A DNA stretch of 64,000 nucleotides, from NCBI GenBank assembly GCA_963745035.1, contig CAVUVW010000013.1, forward strand, positions 928,001-992,000. The letters are read 5' to 3'. The stretch comes from an uncultured delta proteobacterium. Its GTDB lineage: Bacteria > Desulfobacterota > Binatia > UBA9968. The position numbers were made by a program, and so were the translations under genes. Of this stretch, positions 61,399-64,000 are shown piece by piece (positions within the stretch are counted from its first letter, which is position 1; every line of letters starts with the position of its first letter). The notes beneath the pieces are model-generated. The model had not been told where the DNA came from and did not search any database. It saw nothing but the letters and a program-made list of their open reading frames with translations.

Positions 61399-61487
61399 TG
61401 GTGCCCGGAGCCGGACTCGAACCGGCACAGACCTTTCGGTCCGAGGGATTTTAAGTCCCTTGTGTCTACCTATTCCACCATCCGGGC
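61399..61487 (-). tRNA. tRNA-Leu(TAA)
   Basis: GCCCGGA acceptor stem, AGGGA-CTTAAAA-TCCCT anticodon arm, long variable arm, GGTTCGAGTCC, CCA end. Confidence 0.97.
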
Positions 61488-61594
61488 GCAAAGGAATTCC
61501 ATAACTTGGGGAACCGGCGTTTTCAACCAGTTCGTCTTTCAGCCGAAAAGCAATTCGAGTGGCCCGAGGGCGGCGAATGCAGAGGGTCTACAGG

Positions 61595-61807
61595 TCAGAC
61601 AGATTTTTGCTCAGAGCGGAATTGGTCAAACTCAAGCTTGGGGATACCGAGGGCGCGCAGCGTATAGTAAGTCTCGCCCTCATGCGCCCGATCCAACACA
61701 GTTAGGACAAGCTCCTCCAAGAGCGCTTTGGATTTTCCATTGTCGTAACGCTTCGGAAAGTGTTCGGCCCAGAGTTCTTTAATTTGCCAGCTACTCAGAT
61801 TGTCCAT
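61595..61807 (-). CDS. Small hypothetical protein
   Basis: 70-aa ORF with protein-like composition. Confidence 0.4.
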   Translation of the reverse strand: MDNLSSWQIKELWAEHFPKRYDNGKSKALLEELVLTVLDRAHEGETYYTLRALGIPKLEFDQFRSEQKSV

Positions 61808-61914
61808 TGAACGCTGCCGGGCTGAACCGGCCGAAGTCGCAGCACGATGCGCGAGGCCAGACAGCTTACGTCTGGCACATCATGTTGATCGCCTGGCTTA
61901 ACACGCGGCCCCGC

Positions 61915-64000
61915 CTACACAAACAACGGCGCGAGCACCAGCGTGATCGTCGCCAGAAGCTTGATCAACACGTGCAGGCTCGGACCTGCGGTGTCTTTGA
62001 ACGGATCGCCGACCGTATCGCCGACCACCGCGGCTTTATGCGTATCGGAGCCCTTGCCGCCGTACGCGCCGGACTCGATAAATTTCTTGGCGTTGTCCCA
62101 AGCGCCGCCGCTGTTGTTGAGGAACGTCGCCACCAAAATCCCGGCGATGGTGCCGACCATCAGAAAAGCCGCCACCGCTTCTGCGCCGACGCCGAACATG
62201 CGGAAGATCAGCCCCACCGCGACCGGCGTGAGAACCGCGATGGCCCCCGGAAGGATCATCTGTTTAAGCGCGCCGACGGTGACGATGTCGACGCAACGCG
62301 CGTAGTCCGGCTTAACGGTGCCCTGGAGTATGCCGGGATTTTCTTTGAATTGCCGTCTGACCTCATTGATAACATAATAGGCGGCTTTGCCCACAGCGCG
62401 AATCGCCAAAGCGGAAAACAAAAATACTAGAGTTGCACCCAGCAGGCCGCCGACGAAAATCTCCGGCTTGGCGATATTGACCCCCTCCAGTTTGGCACCG
62501 TAGTGATGCACTTCGTCGAGGTAAGCGGAAAAGAGCAGAAACGCGGCGAGCGCCGCCGAGCCGATAGCATAGCCTTTCGTGAGCGCTTTTGTGGTGTTGC
62601 CGACCGCGTCCAAGCGATCGGTCTTGTGCCGCACCTCCTCGGGTTGCCCGCTCATCTCGATGATGCCGCCGGCGTTGTCGGTGATCGGTCCGAAGGTATC
62701 CATTGCGAGGATGTATGCCGCGGTTCCCAACATTCCCATGGTCGCCACCGCGGTGCCGAATAAGCCAGCGTTGGGCACGCCGCTCGCGGAGCCGAGAAAA
62801 TATGCGCCGAGAATGGCGATCGAAATTACGATGACCGGGGGGAACGTACATTCGAGACCGACCGCGATGCCGGTGATAATATTGGTCGCCGGGCCGGTCT
62901 GGGAAGCTTCGGCGATCTCTCTCACCGGGCGGTATTTGTATTCGGTGTAGTACTGCGTGATGTAAACAAACGCTTGCGCCATCAAGATGCCGATGACACC
63001 GCACAGGAAAAAGTAGAACCACGCCGAAGTCGCCTCGGGATGGGCGGCCGGGTCCACGGCAAGGAGCCACTTGGCCGAAAAGAAAAATCCGACGATGGCG
63101 AGCGCGCTGGTCACGTAGTAGCCGCGGTTGAGCGCGTTCATCGGGTCTTCGTCTTCCCGGCATTTAACGATCATGACGCCGACGATCGAGGCCAACAGAC
63201 CGAAGGCGCGCGCAACCAGCGGGAAGAGAATTCCCTTCAGGCCGAAAAACGGGTACAGACCGACGCCGAGAATCATCGCGCCGATATTCTCGGCAGCGGT
63301 GGATTCGAACAAATCCGCGCCGCGGCCGGCGCAATCGCCGACGTTGTCGCCGACGAGATCGGCGATGACCGCCGGATTGCGCGGATCGTCTTCCGGTATG
63401 CCGGCTTCGACCTTGCCGACCAAGTCGGCGCCGACGTCGGCCGCTTTGGTGTAGATGCCGCCGCCCAATTGGGCGAACAGGGCGACAAAAGACGCGCCGA
63501 AGCCGTAGCCGACGATGGTAAACGGAATTTTTTGCGGATCGTGGCCGAGGGTTTCCAAAAGCGCATACAAGCCGCCGACTCCGAGTAGGCTCATGGCGAC
63601 GACGAACAGACCGGACACGGCGCCGCCGCGCATGGCGATCTGCAGGCCTTCGTTGAGACTTGACCGAACAGCCGATGCCGTTCGAATGTTAGCGCGGATC
63701 GATACCCACATGCCGACGTAACCGGCGACCACTGAACAAGCTGCCCCTAGGGCGAAAGATAACGTCGTCCAAAAGGCCATCTGCACCGGCGGCACCGGAT
63801 CCGCCGGACTGGGCGTGCGGAAATAGGCGTAGAGAATAAAAATCAGCACCGCCAGAACGGCGGAGTAACTCACAATCGTGCGATTTTGCCGCGACAGGAA
63901 CGCCTCCGCGCCCTCTCTAATCGCGTTGGAAATCTCCTGCATTTTAGGTGTACCGGTGTCGCGCTGCATCACGTAGCGGGCCAAATAGACCGCAAAGGCC
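61915..64000 (-). CDS. hppA: Membrane H+-translocating pyrophosphatase, K+-independent type (5' end beyond the window)
   Basis: GGGIYTKAADVGADLVGKVE, DNVGD, GNTTKA (Lys marks K+ independence), GDTVGDPFKD. Confidence 0.95.
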   Translation of the reverse strand, partial: AFAVYLARYVMQRDTGTPKMQEISNAIREGAEAFLSRQNRTIVSYSAVLAVLIFILYAYFRTPSPADPVPPVQMAFWTTLSFALGAACSVVAGYVGMWVSIRANIRTASAVRSSLNEGLQIAMRGGAVSGLFVVAMSLLGVGGLYALLETLGHDPQKIPFTIVGYGFGASFVALFAQLGGGIYTKAADVGADLVGKVEAGIPEDDPRNPAVIADLVGDNVGDCAGRGADLFESTAAENIGAMILGVGLYPFFGLKGILFPLVARAFGLLASIVGVMIVKCREDEDPMNALNRGYYVTSALAIVGFFFSAKWLLAVDPAAHPEATSAWFYFFLCGVIGILMAQAFVYITQYYTEYKYRPVREIAEASQTGPATNIITGIAVGLECTFPPVIVISIAILGAYFLGSASGVPNAGLFGTAVATMGMLGTAAYILAMDTFGPITDNAGGIIEMSGQPEEVRHKTDRLDAVGNTTKALTKGYAIGSAALAAFLLFSAYLDEVHHYGAKLEGVNIAKPEIFVGGLLGATLVFLFSALAIRAVGKAAYYVINEVRRQFKENPGILQGTVKPDYARCVDIVTVGALKQMILPGAIAVLTPVAVGLIFRMFGVGAEAVAAFLMVGTIAGILVATFLNNSGGAWDNAKKFIESGAYGGKGSDTHKAAVVGDTVGDPFKDTAGPSLHVLIKLLATITLVLAPLFV

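Larger units (their letters stand above)
51438..61457. mobile_element. tRNA-Leu-integrated phage-derived element (~10 kb; defective prophage or satellite)
   Basis: 59-bp flanking direct repeat, terminase and head genes, AT-richer cargo; no integrase seen. Confidence 0.88.

Noticed and set aside
61177-61491. ORFs overlapping the tRNA or att (61177-61491, 51279-51535)
   Set aside because: Translations of tRNA sequence.

Overview
GC-rich bacterial chromosome segment. The gene content (many orphan NitT/TauT and Bug/TctC solute-binding proteins, amidohydrolases, VOC enzymes, palindromic intergenic repeats) resembles Binatota/Deltaproteobacteria-like genomes, which is an inference. 1-30 kb: accessory transport and catabolic genes, including a probable aromatic/N-heterocycle catabolic cluster (17-30 kb) and an rpoZ-RRM-CarD module. 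30-51 kb: housekeeping genes (DAG kinase-like, ppk1, xseB/M23/xseA, ctpA, envC, ftsX, ftsE, B12 radical SAM, ThDP enzyme, alpha-hydroxy-acid oxidase). 51.4-61.5 kb: a ~10 kb phage-derived element at tRNA-Leu(TAA), bounded by a 59-bp direct repeat. It encodes TerS, a TerL with an apparently circularly permuted nuclease domain, a Bbp16-like cement protein and a scaffold-like protein with its terminal motif relocated and duplicated. I see no integrase, portal or major capsid gene. The window ends in a K+-independent H+-pyrophosphatase. Several single-base frameshifts could be assembly errors. All family calls come from motif recognition, not database searches.
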